The position numbers and the translations under genes were made by a program. The notes under the pieces were generated by a model. That model did no database searches, was not told where the DNA came from, and was given only the letters and a program-made list of their open reading frames with translations. From contig OZ231126.1 in NCBI GenBank assembly GCA_965153355.1, forward strand, positions 16,120,001 to 16,184,000: DNA of 64,000 nt, given 5' to 3'. The stretch is from Flaccisagitta enflata (Eukaryota). Below are positions 23,928 through 38,825 of this stretch, one piece after another (position 1 is the stretch's first letter; every line of letters starts with the position of its first letter).

Positions 23928-24181
23928 CAGTCAGTGGACAAAACACAATAGGTAGAGAGCTCACACTGTTGGCTTCTACCCAATATATTATCAATGAGCA
24001 CTATATTGTATACTTCGACTGGTTGTTAAAACTACACCCGGCTGTAATATTACAAGATTGTAGAATTACAGCCGGCTGTAATTCTAACAATTAATTGTTG
24101 CATACAACATGTTGTTTGTTTTTAATATGTTGGACCAAAATCAACAGTGTGAGTTAACTATTTTGTTTTGTCCACTGACTG
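23928..24181. mobile_element. Palindromic MITE (TIR CAGTCAGTGGACAAAAC); mirrored at 39226-39479
   Basis: Long imperfect inverted repeats, TA on the left flank; lies just 3' of the 7TM stop codon. Confidence 0.75.
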
Positions 24182-24563
24182 CATAGTCTCATATTCTCAC
24201 ATTTTCACTGATTGGTTAACGCCCAATGGCTAATTAGTAATTACCCCACCCCATTATAAAACAAAGACTTTCTCTTTTTCTCATTATTTGTTTATTGTAA
24301 TTCAAACTCTGTTTCTTTTCTCTCTCAATTTCTCATTTCTTCTGTAATTCAAATTTTCTCGAACCAATGCCCAAATTCATGGCGTTTTGTTTTTATCCAC
24401 CCATTTTAATTTCAGCTCCTCAAATTTAGACCCCCCCATACCATTTCTCGTATCTCATTTCTTTATTTTGATCGATTTCGTAGACCCATTAGTGCTCAAG
24501 AGCGATGAAGAAAGAAAGAGAGAAAGAAAGAAATAAAGAAAGATAGAAAGAAAGACAGAGTTA

Positions 24564-24647
<84 letters not shown>

Positions 24648-24676
24648 AATATAGATAGAAAGAAAAGAAAGAAGAA

Positions 24677-24732
<56 letters not shown>

Positions 24733-24733
24733 A

Positions 24734-24774
<41 letters not shown>

Positions 24775-24783
24775 AAAGAAAAA

Positions 24784-24839
<56 letters not shown>

Positions 24840-24883
24840 AGGAAAGAAAGAAAGAAAGAAAGAAAGAAAAAGAAAGAAAAGAA

Positions 24884-24919
<36 letters not shown>

Positions 24920-24936
24920 AGAAAGAAAGAAAGAAA

Positions 24937-24984
<48 letters not shown>

Positions 24985-24999
24985 AGAAAGACAGATTTA

Positions 25000-25078
<79 letters not shown>

Positions 25079-26139
25079 CAAAAAGAAAGGAACGCTTTTG
25101 TTCGAATGTTTTATTTGCGGCGATTTTTGTTTGAAATCGGTTTTTCTCTCGTTCTCTTTCTCTCTCGCGTAAAGAGTCTAAAGTGATTCTTTGTTGCGCA
25201 TTCGATTTTTTTTTACTAGAATTGCCCTCAAATCGCTTTTCTCGCCGTCGTTGTTGATTTTTTGGGCGATTGTTTTCCTCATGGGCCAATCGTGCAATTA
25301 ACAAGCTCCATATCTTCTAGCCTCCTCACTTCCCTCCATATCCCAATATCGAATCCGTATCTTTTTTCAAAACATATCAGTGATGGTTAGGTTACACATT
25401 CCTTGTCTTCCCCCTCCACCCCGTAATTTGTAATTTTCCTTATCAGTTATCATGTATCCCATTTTCAATATCTTTTCGTTTATATTTGCCAACTCTTATA
25501 TCTAATCAAGCCGACTCTGTTCGCATACTTTTATCACTGCGCTAGTCGGTTGTGTCATATTACAAAAGGTTTTTTGATCGCTTCATCAACATCAGGGGGC
25601 ATGGAGGGACGAATTATAAGAAACTTAGCGTTTTTATTTTTTCGAATTTCGTCCATCTTCCGTTTTTTTAGCAACAAAAACTGTTTTCGCCGCTTATATA
25701 TTCCTCCCTCAATTACGTCACCTCGACTTCGGTTTCGAACAACACATACAGTGTAAGATCATTCATCTTTTCACGAGGTTATCTTGGTGCTCAGATATGT
25801 TTCAAAATGTTTTTGCTTTAGCTTGTGACAAGAACAATGCAAGTTCTGTATCAGCGAATTGATTTAGAAAAGACCACGCTGTAACGGTTGCCGAAATAAT
25901 GACGCTGCCTTATGCAAATTAGGAATTCGAACAAAAATTTTCAAGAGACGTTGCGCCTTGTGGAGCCTGTTCGTACACATTATACAAGAAATACGGTTTA
26001 AAAGACCGATGACTCGTTAATTAGACGACTCTACGGTTTACCCGTAAGAATTTAGGCTGCTCTGAAGAAGCGAACAAACAATGAGATAATCGCATTATTA
26101 TTACGTATTGTGCCAAGACTTCCCTGTGCGCGCGCGTGC

Positions 26140-26212
<73 letters not shown>

Positions 26213-28827
26213 GGGCCGTCTCCACGAAAGTAAACAAAAGATCCCTCCAGTTCCCTCGCCGGGTTTCGAAAATAACCTAACGTTTCTCTCGCTCTTACAG
26301 TTTTGATTTAATGACAACACCAACGAATTCCTAGGTGTTGCTTAACTTTTTTCTTAGAAAGCGAAAACCATTGATAAAATACTTGAAATAAGTGAAATTA
26401 CCAATAAATTCTTCTATTTTTTTCAACAAGTGCCATAAATACATCCTTAGATCTTAAAAGGCACTTAACAGGCACTTGTATGAATGTTTTTAATATCATC
26501 AAGTAATGAAATATAAGGTTTGTTATCGGTCTTTGGCCTCACTGCTCCTGCCCAAATGATTGTGACCTTAAATAAGGCCTCTGCCTACCCGCACGCGACT
26601 TGGGTAGCAGTGTATCCGGCCTTGTTGATTCTCAAAGAACAAGGCCGGATACACGGCAATCCAGTCGCGGACGGTTGGGCCGAAGCAGTAGTGCACTAAC
26701 CACTCGGAATTCAAAAATGTTACGGGACGGATGGACAGACAGACCGACTGACACATCAAGGTGTAGTCGCGTGTCACGTGAAAAAGGAATATTGATTTAC
26801 CATGCATGAAATAAGTTGTTCAATCTCTTCTTTCTTTCATATGAAATGGGGAAACAAAAATACTTCGTTATTGTTTTTGAAATAACGACCGGAAGAAAGT
26901 TGTAAGAGTGGATTTTTATATCAAGTTTTTAGTTGCGTGCTACGCGACTCTACACCCCGTTATGTCGGCCCGTCGTTCGGTTGGTCGGTCGGTCGTTCCT
27001 TTTTGGGGCAGCGGCCCTTAAGGTTTGATAACCTATGCTTTCCACGCGGAATTTTCTTCCTCCTCCTTCGCCCTCCCCGCCTCCAGGCCCATATCCAGCC
27101 TTAAAGTGCCCAAATCCCAGTCTCGGGGCCAAATCCCAACCTTAGCCCAAACAATCTTATGCAAAATCCATTTGAGGCTCAAATCCCAGCCTCGAGGACT
27201 GGGCCTCAAGATGGGATTTGCCTTGAGGCTGGGATATGGCCTCGAGGCTGAGATATGGCCTGAAGGGGGGGCAGAGGAGAAGGAGAAGGAGATGGCCTTC
27301 TGCTGAGAGAGATAGGTCATCGTCCCCTTTGGGGCCGCTGCCCTGCTCCCACCCTAAACTACAATCATAAGCAGGGCGCGGGTACCGCTGACAACCTAAC
27401 GCTTTTGTAATTTTGCGATTTTTACTTTTTTGGTGTTATTGAGCTTTTTGAGCCTGCTGCTCCTGCCCAAATGCTCTGGTGACCTTCTCCAGCACTGCTC
27501 CTGCCCATCCATACGCGACTGGGGTAGCCGTGTATCCGGCCTTGTTTAATAAATTTCATATTTTTTTTCTACTTCATTAGTTTTACATGTCATGATAAAA
27601 TTTTTGATTTGAACGCTTAAAAAGTCAGCCTACCTTTTTCGGCCTTTTTTGTCGCGTGCACGCGACTCTACACGCAGCTTTGTCCATCCGTCCATCCCAC
27701 CGTCGGTCTGTCGGTCACATTTTACTTTTTTTATAAATTTTTTTTCTTTATGTCTTTTAAGTCATTTTAGGGTATACTAAGTTATTCTAAGTCATTTTAA
27801 GTCAATCTGTAAGTCTCGCACGCGACTTATAGGTGTTGGCCTTGTTTGTTTTTTTAAGTCGCGGACACGTGTCTCTTCACCTTGCCGTGTCGGTCGGCCG
27901 GTCGGTAGGTCAGTCCATTCGTCGGTAACATTTTTGAAATGCGAGCGAGTTTCTCATTACTGCTCCTGCCCAACCTTCCGCAACTGGATTGCCGTGTATC
28001 TGGCCTCTTTTTTCTTGACAGTTATTACATATAAAAAATATGATGGGAAACTCACAAAACATTTCAGATTCGAAATCTTTTTCAAAACATATTCAATTTG
28101 AGACCATTCAGCAGAACTTTCTGCACAATTTGTTGGTAAATGGCAAAGAAAGAATGCAACCCTCAATGGTTTGCTTAAGAAAAACAGCGATTTTGTTAAT
28201 TTGAGGATGTTTCATTTTTTCCATGTAGGTTTTTCCGTGTAGTTTTTTTTTCAAAACCCGATTTGTAAGTCTAAAACAAACTTTTTTCAGAATTGGATTA
28301 TCATTTATAAAAGCTGAAATATGACAATTTCTTTGGTGTCACTTTTCGGGGTATTTCCTGTAGCTATCTATTGCTAGATAGCTGAGCGCACAATATTATT
28401 CAAACTTATTGAAGCACTCACTTTAGGGGTTAATACAACCCCCTAAAACTGTAGCACCCCCCTTAAAGATCAAACTACAGCAATAAGTTGAAGGGGCATT
28501 TAAAATTGAGCCGCTTTTATTTCCCCCCCTCCTGCCTTTGATTTTCTACCCCGCGATGTGTCGCGTCGTTTTTCTAATCTATGATTTTCTTCCCCATAAA
28601 GCAATGAAACAGTTAAGTAAAGGTTTGAATAATGTTGAATTGTGTTCTATACTGTTTTCATGATTTGGCACTGTCAAAAGTTTTATTTTCCCCAAATTTT
28701 TTTCTTTTTTCTCCTTTGATTTCCTTCCCCATCTCCAAACCCTTTAATTATTTACAGGCCTGTTTAGATGTTTGTGCTGGGTTGTAAATCATAGCTTAGG
28801 ACTATACAAGTGGCGCCACCAAGGCGA

Positions 28828-28837
28828 NNNNNNNNNN
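28828..28837. other. Assembly gap (10 N)
   Basis: Run of n characters. Confidence 1.
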
Positions 28838-31800
28838 TGGTATATCCGGATCTCGCTATGTGATGGTGATTTTGGGGGCTGGGTCAGTTGTAAAAAGCTC
28901 TGAGGTGGTGATAAAGTGTGTATTTGGGGGCATTTCTTGTATTTTTAGGTTAAACTTTCCTCTGGTATATCCGAATCTCGCTATGTGATGGTGATTTTGG
29001 GGGTTGGGTCGTTGTAGGGGTGCCCGAGGTGGTGATAAAGGGGGTATTTGGGGTGATTTTGTATTTTTTAGGTTAAACTTTCCTCTGGTGTGTCCCAATC
29101 TCGCTATGTGATGGTGATTTTGGGGGCTGGGTCATTGTAGGGGTGCCCGAGGTGGTGATGGGGGGGGTATTTGGGGTGATTTTGTATTTTTAGGTTAAAC
29201 TTTCTAGGTATATCCGACCTCATTATGTGATGCAGGATTTTGGGGGCTGGGCTGTTGTAGGTGCCCGAGGTGGTGATAAAGGGGGTATTTGGGGGTGTTT
29301 GTATTTTTAGGTTAAACTTTCCTCTGGTATATCCGAATCTCGCTATGTGATGGTGATTTTGGGGGTTGGGTCGTTGTAGGGGTGCCCGAGGTGGTGATAA
29401 AGGGGGTATTTGGGGTGATTTTGTATTTTTTAGGTTAAACTTTCCTCTGGTATATCCGAATCTCGCTATGTGATGGTGATTTTGGGGGTTGGGTCGTTGT
29501 AGGGGTGCCCGAGGTGGTGATAAAGGGGTATTTGGGGTGATTTTGTATTTTTAGGTTAAACTTTCCCTCTGGTGCATATCCTAATCTCATGTGATGGTGA
29601 TTTTGGGCTGGGTCGTTGTAGGCAAGTGCCCAGGTGTGATAAAGGGGGTATTTGGGGTGATTTTGTATTTTTAGGTTAAACTTTCTTCTGGTATATCCGA
29701 ATCTCGCTATGTGATGGTGATTTTGGGGGTTGGGTCGTTGTAGGGGTGCCCGAGGTGGTGATAAAGGGGGTATTTGGGGTGATTTTGTATTTTTAGGCAA
29801 CTTCTTTCCTCTGGTATATCCGAATCTCGCTATGTGATGGTGATTTTGGGGTTGTCACATAAGGGTGCCCGAGGTGGTGATAAAGGGGGTATTTGAAGAT
29901 TTTTGTATTTTTTTAGTTAAACTCCTTCCTCTGGTATATCCAAATCTCGCTATGTGATGGTGATTTTGGGGGTTGGGTCGTTGTAGAGGTGCCCGAGGTG
30001 GTGATAAAGGGGGTATTTGGGGTGATTTTGTATTTTAGGGGTTAAACTTCTCCGGTATATATCCGAATCTCGCTATGATGGTGATTTTGGGGGTCAAGTG
30101 TAGGGTGCCCGAGGGTGGTGATAAAGGGGTATTTGGGGTGATTTTATATTTTTAGTTAAACTTTCCTCTGGTATATCCGAATCTCGCTATGTATGATTTT
30201 GGGGTCGTTGTAGGGGTGCCCGAGGTGGTGATAAAGTGGGGGTATTTGGGGCATTTTTATATTTTTTAGGTTAAACTTTCCTCTGGTATATCCGACCTCA
30301 CAGGATGGTGATTTGGGGTTGGGTCGTTGTAGGTGCCCGAGGTGGTGATAAAGGGGGTATTTGGGGTGATTTTGTATTTTTAGGTTAAACTTTCCTCTGG
30401 TATATCCGAATCTCAAGCAGGTGATGGTGATTTGGGGGTTGGTTCTTGTAGGTGTCTTAGGTAGGATAAAGGGTATTTGGGGTGATTTGTATTTTTAGGT
30501 TAATCTTCTGGCATATCCGAATCTCGCTGGCGGCATGGTGATTTGGGGGTTTGGTCGTTGTAGGGGTGCCCGAGGTGGTGATAAAGGGGTATTTGGGGTG
30601 ATTTTGTATTTTTTAGGTTAAACTTTCCTCTGGTATATCCGAATCCTGCCATGTGATGGTGGATTGGGGGTTGTCGTTGTGAAGTTTTAGAGGTGGTGAT
30701 AAAGGGGTATTTGTGGGTGATTTTTTGTATTTTTTAGGCGAACTTTCCTCTGGTATATCCGCTAATCGGCTATGTGATGGTGATTTTGGGGGTTGGGTCG
30801 TTGTAGGGGTGCCCGAGGTGGTGATAAAGGGGGTATTTGGGGTGATTTTGTATTTTTTAGGTTAAACTTTCCTCTGGTATATCCGAATCTCGCGGATGTG
30901 ATGGTGATTTGGGGGGTTGGGTCGGTGTAGGGGTGCCCGAGGTGGTGATAAAGGGGGTATTTGGGGTGATTTTGTATTTTTTAGGTTAAACTTTCCTCTG
31001 GTATATCCGAATCTCGCTATGTGATGGTGATTTTGGGGGTTGGGTCGTTGTAGGGGTGCCCGAGGTGGTGATAAAGGGGGTATTTGGGGTGATTTTGTAT
31101 TTTTTAGGTTAAACTTTCCTCTGGTATATCCGAATCTCGCTATGTGATGGTGATTTTGGGGGTTGGGTCGTTGTAGGGGTGCCCGAGGTGGTGATAAAGG
31201 GGGTATTTGGGGTGATTTTGTATTTTTTAGGTTAAACTTTCTCTGGTATATCCGAATCTCGTTTATGTGATGGTGATTTTGGGGGTTGGGTCGTTGTAAG
31301 AAAGTCTTGTAGGATAGAAGGGGGTATCAGTGTTTTTGCATTTTTAGGTTAAACTTTCCTCTGGTATATCCGAATCTATTTATGATGATTTTGGGGTTGG
31401 GTCATAGTAGGGGTGCCCGAGGTGGTGATAAAGGGGTATTTGGGGTGATTTTGCATTTTTAGGTTAAACTTTCCTCTGGTATATCCAAATCTCGCTATGT
31501 GATGGTGATTTTGGGGTTGGGCCGCTGTTGGGGGGTCCTAGGTGGTGATTAAGGGTATTTGGGGGTGATTTTGCATTAAATAAACTTTCTCCGGTATATC
31601 CGAATCTCGCTATGTGATGGTGTTTTTGGGGGTTGGTCGTTGTAGGGGTGCCTGTAGGTGATAAAGGGCATTAGGTGATTTGTATTTTTAGGGTTAAACT
31701 TTCCTCTGGTATATCCGAATCTCGCCATGTGATGGTGATTTGGGGGTTGGGTCGTTGTAGGGTGCCTGAGGTGGTGATATAAAGGGCATTTGGGGTGATT

Positions 31801-33995
31801 TTATATTTTTTAGGTTAAACTTTCCTCTGGTATATCCGAATCTCGCTATGTGATGGTGATTTTGGGGGTTGGGTCGTTGTAGGGGTGCCCGAGGTGGTGA
31901 TAAAGGGGGTATTTGGGGTGATTTTGTATTTTTTAGGTTAAACTTTCCTCTGGTATATCCGAATCTCGCTATGTGATGGTGATTTTCGAAGTTGGGTCGT
32001 TGTAGGGGTGCCAGGTGTGATAAAGGGGGTATTTGGGGTGATTTGTATTTTTTAGGGGTTTAAACTTTCCTCTGGTATATATCCAAACCTCGCTATGTGA
32101 TGGTGATTTTGGGGGTTGGGGTCACAGGGGTGCCTTTTCCCGAGGTGGTGATAAGGGTATTTGGGGTGATTTTGTATTTTAGGTTAAACTTTCCTCCAGT
32201 ATATCCGAATCTCGCTATGTGATGGTGATTTTGGGGGGGGGTTAGTCGTTGTAGGGGTGCCCAGGTGGTGATAAAGGGGTATTTAAAGTGATTGGTGCTC
32301 TTTTTAGGTTAAACTTTCCTCTGGTATATCCGAATCTCGCTATGTGATGGTGATTTTGGGGGTTGGGTCGTTGTAGGGGTGCCCGAGGTAGTGATGCAGG
32401 GGGTATTTGGGGTGATTTTTGTATTTTTTAGGTTAAACTTTCCTCTAGATCGTATATCCCGAATCTCGCTATGATGCAGGATTTTAAAGTTGGGCTGTTA
32501 GGGGTGCCCAGAGGTGACAAGGGGTATTTGGGCATTTCTTGTATTTTTTAGGTTAAACTTTCCTCTGGTATATCCAAATCTCGCTATGTGATGGTGATTT
32601 TGGGGTCAGCAGGGGTGCCCGAGGTGATAAAGGGGGTATTTGGGGATTTTATTTTAGGTTAACTTTCCTCTGGTATATCCGATCTCGCTATGTGATGGTG
32701 ATTTGGGGGTTATCGTTGTAGGTGCCCGAGGGTGGTGATAAGGGTGGGTATTGGGGTGATTTTGTATTTTAGGTTAAACTTTCCTCTTTGTATATATCCG
32801 CATCTCGCTATGTATGGTGATTTTGGGGTTGGGTCGTTGTAGGGGTGCCCGAGGTGGTGATAAAGGGGGTATTTGGGGCGATTTTGTATTTTCTAGGTTA
32901 GCTTTCTCTGGTATATCCGAATCTCGTTATGTGATGGTGGATTAAAGGGTCGTTGTAGGGGTGCCTGAGGTGGTGATAAAGGGGGTATTTGGGGCGATTT
33001 TGTATTTTCTGTGGTTAAACTTTCTCTGGCATATCCGAACTCGCCATGATGGTGACGAAGGTCGTTGTAGGGGTGCCCGAGGTGGTGGATAGGGGGGTAT
33101 TTGGGGCGATTTTGTATTTTCTAGGTTAAACTTTCCTCTGGTATATCCCAATCTGGCTACATGATGGTGATTTTGGGGGCCAGGTCGTTGTAGGGTGCCC
33201 GAGGTGGTGATAAAGGGGTATTTGGGGCGATTTTTGTATTCTTCTAGGTTGAACTTTCCTCTGGTATATCCGAATCTCGCTATGTGATGGTGATTTTGGG
33301 GGTTGGGTCGTTGTAGGGGTGCCCGAGGTGGTGATAAAGGGGGTATTTGGGGCGATTTTGTATTTTTTAGGTTAAACTTTCCTGGTATATCTGAATTCAT
33401 GTGATGGGTGATTTTGGGGGCTGGGTCGTTGTAGGGGTGCCCTGGAGGTGGTGATAAAGGTATTTGAAGATTGTATTTTTTGTAGGTTAAACTTTCCTCT
33501 GGTATATCCGAATCTCGCGATGTGATGGTGATTTTGGGGTTGTCGTTGTAGGGGTGCCTATGGTGATAAAGGGGTATTTGGGCATTTTGTATTTTTAGGT
33601 TAAACTTTCCTCTGGTATATCCGAATCCGCTATGTGATGGTGATTTTGAGTTGGGTCGTTGTAGGGTGCCAGGTGCAGTGATAAAGGGGGTATTTGAAGA
33701 TTTTGTATTTTAGGTTAAACTTTCCTCTGGTATATCCGAATCACGATGTGATGGTGATTTTGGGGTTGGGTCGTTGTAGGGGTGCCCGAGGTGGTGATAA
33801 AGGGGGTATATGGGGCGATTTTGTATTTTTTAGGTTAAACTTTCCTCTGGTATATCCGAATCTCGCTATGTGATGGTGATTTTGGGGGTTGGGTCGTTGT
33901 AGGGGTGCCCGAGGTGGTGATAAAGGGGGTATTTGGGGCGATTTTGTATTTTTTAGGTTAAACTTTCCTCTGGTATATCCGAATCTCGCTATGTG
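28838..33995. repeat. 123-bp satellite, ~42 copies, G/T-rich on + strand
   Basis: Period 123 (e.g. 30999 to 31122); consensus tggtatatccgaatctcgctatgtgatggtgattttgggggttggg...aaactttcctc; abuts the N gap; many indel-type errors. Confidence 0.95.
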
Positions 33996-34870
33996 GGGCA
34001 CGTCCTAGCAATCGAAGAAGGGCCCTTACGATCCGTGAGTTATTCAACAGGCTACAGCCGACTAAGACCGGCTGACCAACCAACTGACCGACCGACCGAC
34101 CCACGTTCTGAAAGGCCGCTTTTAGCGTATCCTACATCACTACCCCTGCACCTTCTACAGATTGCTATCATTTTGCGAAGTAGAACATCTAAGGAAAAAA
34201 ATAAAAAAGCCTCTCCAGAAAGTGATAGTCTGCTCTTTATCGATTATTTTTAGAACAAGATTCTAGATTTGGGATGATATGTTGATGACAAAATTGCAAG
34301 GGGTAGTATTGAGAAGAGGGACTGTTGTGAGACACATATAGGTTAAATGATAAGAGACAACACAGGGCAGAATGGGCAAAATAAGTTATTTAAGTAAAAT
34401 GTGATTTTTTTATATTGAAATTTTGTTGGTGATTTACCCTCAATATGAGTGAGATATAATAAAGGGGGCTAAAAATGAGGTCCATTTTACTCTACGATCA
34501 ACTGTTTACATGTTATAAGCAAAAAAAAAAGAAAAGAAAAAACAATTTCAGCTATCAACTTTTTCACTGTATTGAATGAATTTAAAAACTATCACTTTGA
34601 AGAGCCTCCCTGAGAGGGCCATCCTATTTCGTCAGTCTGGAGAGGGTGCCTGCCCTCCGACATGAGACTAGGGCTGCCGTGTATCCGGTCTTATTCCTGT
34701 AACGATGCATTAATGGCAATACCAGACTCAAATCTTTTCCACTTTTTTTTTCTCGCTTTCATTGGATGTTTGGTTCTTATCGATTTCATATGCTTGGCTC
34801 AACGCCGACTTGTGTTTAATCGCAATCAGCGAACCTAATCTATGTAGGTCTAATCCACCAAGAAAAAAAT

Positions 34871-34938
<68 letters not shown>

Positions 34939-36374
34939 GAGTCCCTTTTCGGAACCGCAGGGGCGGATCAGTCTGATTAAAAAATAAGAAACAGACAGAA
35001 ATTACCAATCGGTGAAATAACAGGGGTGCTCAGGGAGTAGGGGGGAGTAGGGAGTGGCTTGGAGGTAGAAGCTAAGGGACAAGGAGGTCAGAGGTAGAAA
35101 AGATATTTTGATAAAAAATGGCTACTGGAGACCGGTTGAGAAGTGGACAGAATTGAGATGTTTACAATTACGTTTACAAGCCTTATTTATTTATTTTATG
35201 GTTCTACAAGATCTTCAGTAAATTTTATGTTATGCTTCGATACTATCTTCCTGTCACATAAAAAGCACCGCAATAATTTTACGCGAAATCTTTTTACAGT
35301 AAAGTTTACAACTTTTATCTTTGGAAACGTTTTGGATTTTTTATTGGTTTTACGCGCTTTGATTTTAAATCTCAAGTTAAAGGTTTGAAGCTGTCTGTTT
35401 ATGATATTTCTTCTAGGTTCTTAATAATATCTTGTTTGTCTGTCAGTGGATAGATAGTGAGGCGCAATTGCGCGCAATGCACGCACAAGTAAACCGTGTA
35501 AAAAATGGATTTAAATCGCGTTTTTGCTGGGACCGCCACAGCAACGTACTGCCGGTCGCCCAAATTTATTGGGTTTGATAAGCATTTATTTCATGTTTCC
35601 TCGACTTTTCAAGTGCGTCCTCGCACTTCTATAAGAGGTCATGTTCGTCGGTCGGTTGGTCGGTTGGTCGGTCGGTCGGTCGGTCGGTCGGTCGGTCACG
35701 CAAATGTTTGAAATGTGAAAAACGGCTGATTCGGACGTATTCCTTCATCCATATTACCTTCCATGCTCCACCACATTAATTTTCATTCATTCATTCCTTC
35801 ATTCATTCATTCATTCATTCATTCATTCATTCATTCATTCATTCATCAATAACGATCATTCACAAATTCTTAATCAAGCGAGGCGCGCTTATTGGCCTTA
35901 ACTTGGCCTTGTTTGAATTCGTCTTTAGTCTTCCGGAAGTCTTCTTAGTTGCGGACACGCAACTCTATAAGAGGCTTTGTCCGTCGGTCGGTCGGTCGGT
36001 TGGTTGGTTGGTTGGTCCGTAGAGGTGATCAAGTCGAATAGTGGGAAAACGCGCATATCCGCCCCTGCCCACCCGTCCGCAACTGGTGGCCATGTATCCG
36101 GCCTTGTTGACTTTCAATCTTAACAACTGCATCGTGATCGCCCATATTGAAATCTAAGCTAACGGTCTATTTAAAGAGACTAAAAAAAGGGTAGAATTCA
36201 TTTTCAAATCGCAAACAGGAAATTAGAACAACGAAATGGTTTTAAAAGAGAATTTCCAAATTGAAATTCAGGAAACCAGAGAGAAAGGCGATCAGTAAAC
36301 CGGCATTTTAAGAATTCTGTTGTTTTTGTTGCTAACTGTGATTTGAATCGAATTAAGTAGGGAAGAGATAGGCT

Positions 36375-36466
<92 letters not shown>

Positions 36467-37985
36467 GCTGAGTGAAAAATGATAAAATGATGGGCAATTT
36501 CTTTTTCTTGGGTTGGAAAAACAAACTGGAACTCGCATGCCCATGAATTGAGTGAAAAAGAAGGGTAAGACTAAAAACATCGAAAGAGAGAGCAGGCGTG
36601 GGATGGTTGTGAAGGAAGAGGGAGGGTGATACACCATGGCTCAATGCCACCCATACATACTCTTTACCACCCAACACCCCCTCAAAACACGCACAAAAAC
36701 TCATTAAAAGTGGCATTGCGTGGAAAGAGGAGATGTTTGAGTTGGAAGGGGGTATCAGCTGGTAGGGTTGGAAAAGAGCAGCTGCCCATAAGCTGTTTTT
36801 ATACGTCAACAAGAAATGTGATAGTAGCATAAGAAAAAGTCCCATGAAACATCCCACACAACAGTTCAAACTTATCAATCGCTGCTTCTTCTAGGGATAG
36901 ACAATCGTAGAGACGGAAAATCACGTGATGTGATAAATGGAGAGACTCATCGAAAAATACAGAAATCATGAAACTATAATTACTATGAAAGTACGAGAGA
37001 TAAGAAAATACAGCCAGGGTTACATCCAGGGTTGTGTCGGTTGATTGCAGGCGTGCTTTTTCTGGAGTAGCGAGTAGCGCCGCTACTCGGAAGCGTATGG
37101 GCGCCTCTCGGAAGATCTTGGAAGAAAAAGGAAGAAGAAAAGAAGAAGAAGAAGAAGAAGAAGAAGGGGAAGAAGGGGAAGAAGGGGAAGAATGGGAAGA
37201 AGAAGTAAGGGAAGCAGAAGAAAGTTGAGTTATGAATTTTTTGTATGAAATGATTTAATTGATTTTCTTTTTCAAATTGCCTCAATGACAGTGTGTATCA
37301 AAGCATATAAAGTCCTAAGCACGCAGACAACAAAAAGTATGTATATGAGCATACCTGCCCTTTCATAGTGAAAATGGCTCAGGTCATTTTGCACTATTTC
37401 TGAGTCCTTCAATTCTCTTAAGCTGCATAGCTTATGGTCCACAATTTTATACCCCAACACAAACTTGCGGGTTCAAGACCACACCACAATCTTGAAATGG
37501 AGCCACTCTGCTACCAATCTAGTGCAATATGTAGGTCTGCCTCAGATTCCATAACATCACGATTTTTCTGATATTTATTCACATACATCGATCTTAGTTT
37601 CAAAAGGCTGATTAACACATACAGGGATGTTAGCTACTATTTGAGTCGCAAAAATGGTCCTTTGTTTCTTTTGCCATAACAAGAATTTATATCAAAGTTG
37701 ACTGATAACTCAAATTGACCTTTTTTAAAATCATAGGCATTACAGTGGATCAATTACTTCATAACTGCGATATGCAAATGAGAATTTTGTTGCTCATTTT
37801 GGATCTAAGCCATTTGATCGAAATTTGTCAGGAATTTGTCAAGGATTTGGAAATCAAGGCTGGGGTTTGATAAATTGTGGTAGAAAAAGACTAGTCAGAT
37901 AGGTTTGGAAGGGAATGTGGTAATTGGATAAGTAGGAATTACATGCTACTCAGAAGGAAAGAATAAAAACGACGCCTGGTTGATT

Positions 37986-38456
37986 GACTAGCGCAGTGAT
38001 AAAAGTATGCAAACAGAGTCGGCTTGATTAGATATAAGAGTTGGCAAATATAAACGAAAAGATATTAAAAATGGGATACATGATAACTGATAAGGAAAAT
38101 TACAAATTACGGGGTGGAGGGGGAAGACAAGGAATGTGTAACCTAACCATCGCTGATATGTTTTGAAAAAAAGATACGGATTCGATATTGGGATATGGAG
38201 GGAAGTGAGGAGGCTAGAAGATACGGAGCTTGTTAATTGCACGATTGGCCCATGAGGAAAACAATCGCCCAAAAAATCAACAACGATGGCGAGAAAAGCG
38301 ATTTGAGGGCAATTCTAGTAAAAAAAATTCGAATGCGCAACAAAGAATCACTTTTAGACTCTTTACGCGAGAGAGAAAGAGAACGAGAGAAAAACCGATT
38401 TCAAACAAAAATCGCCGCAAATAAAACATTCGAACAAAAGCGTTCCTTTCTTTTTG

Positions 38457-38539
<83 letters not shown>

Positions 38540-38574
38540 TAAATCTTTCTTTCTTTAAATCTTTCTTTCTTTAA

Positions 38575-38639
<65 letters not shown>

Positions 38640-38651
38640 TTTTTTCTTTTT

Positions 38652-38723
<72 letters not shown>

Positions 38724-38727
38724 TTTT

Positions 38728-38825
<98 letters not shown>

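Larger units (their letters stand above)
15007..25547 (+). repeat. Inverted segmental duplication, arm 1
   Basis: Colinear reverse-complement match to 37986-45750; differs by scattered SNPs and several insertions. Confidence 0.92.

Noticed and set aside
28838-33995. RFamide neuropeptide precursor (repeated ARFG)
   Set aside because: RFG is followed by YT rather than a basic cleavage site, and no signal peptide or exon boundaries are evident.
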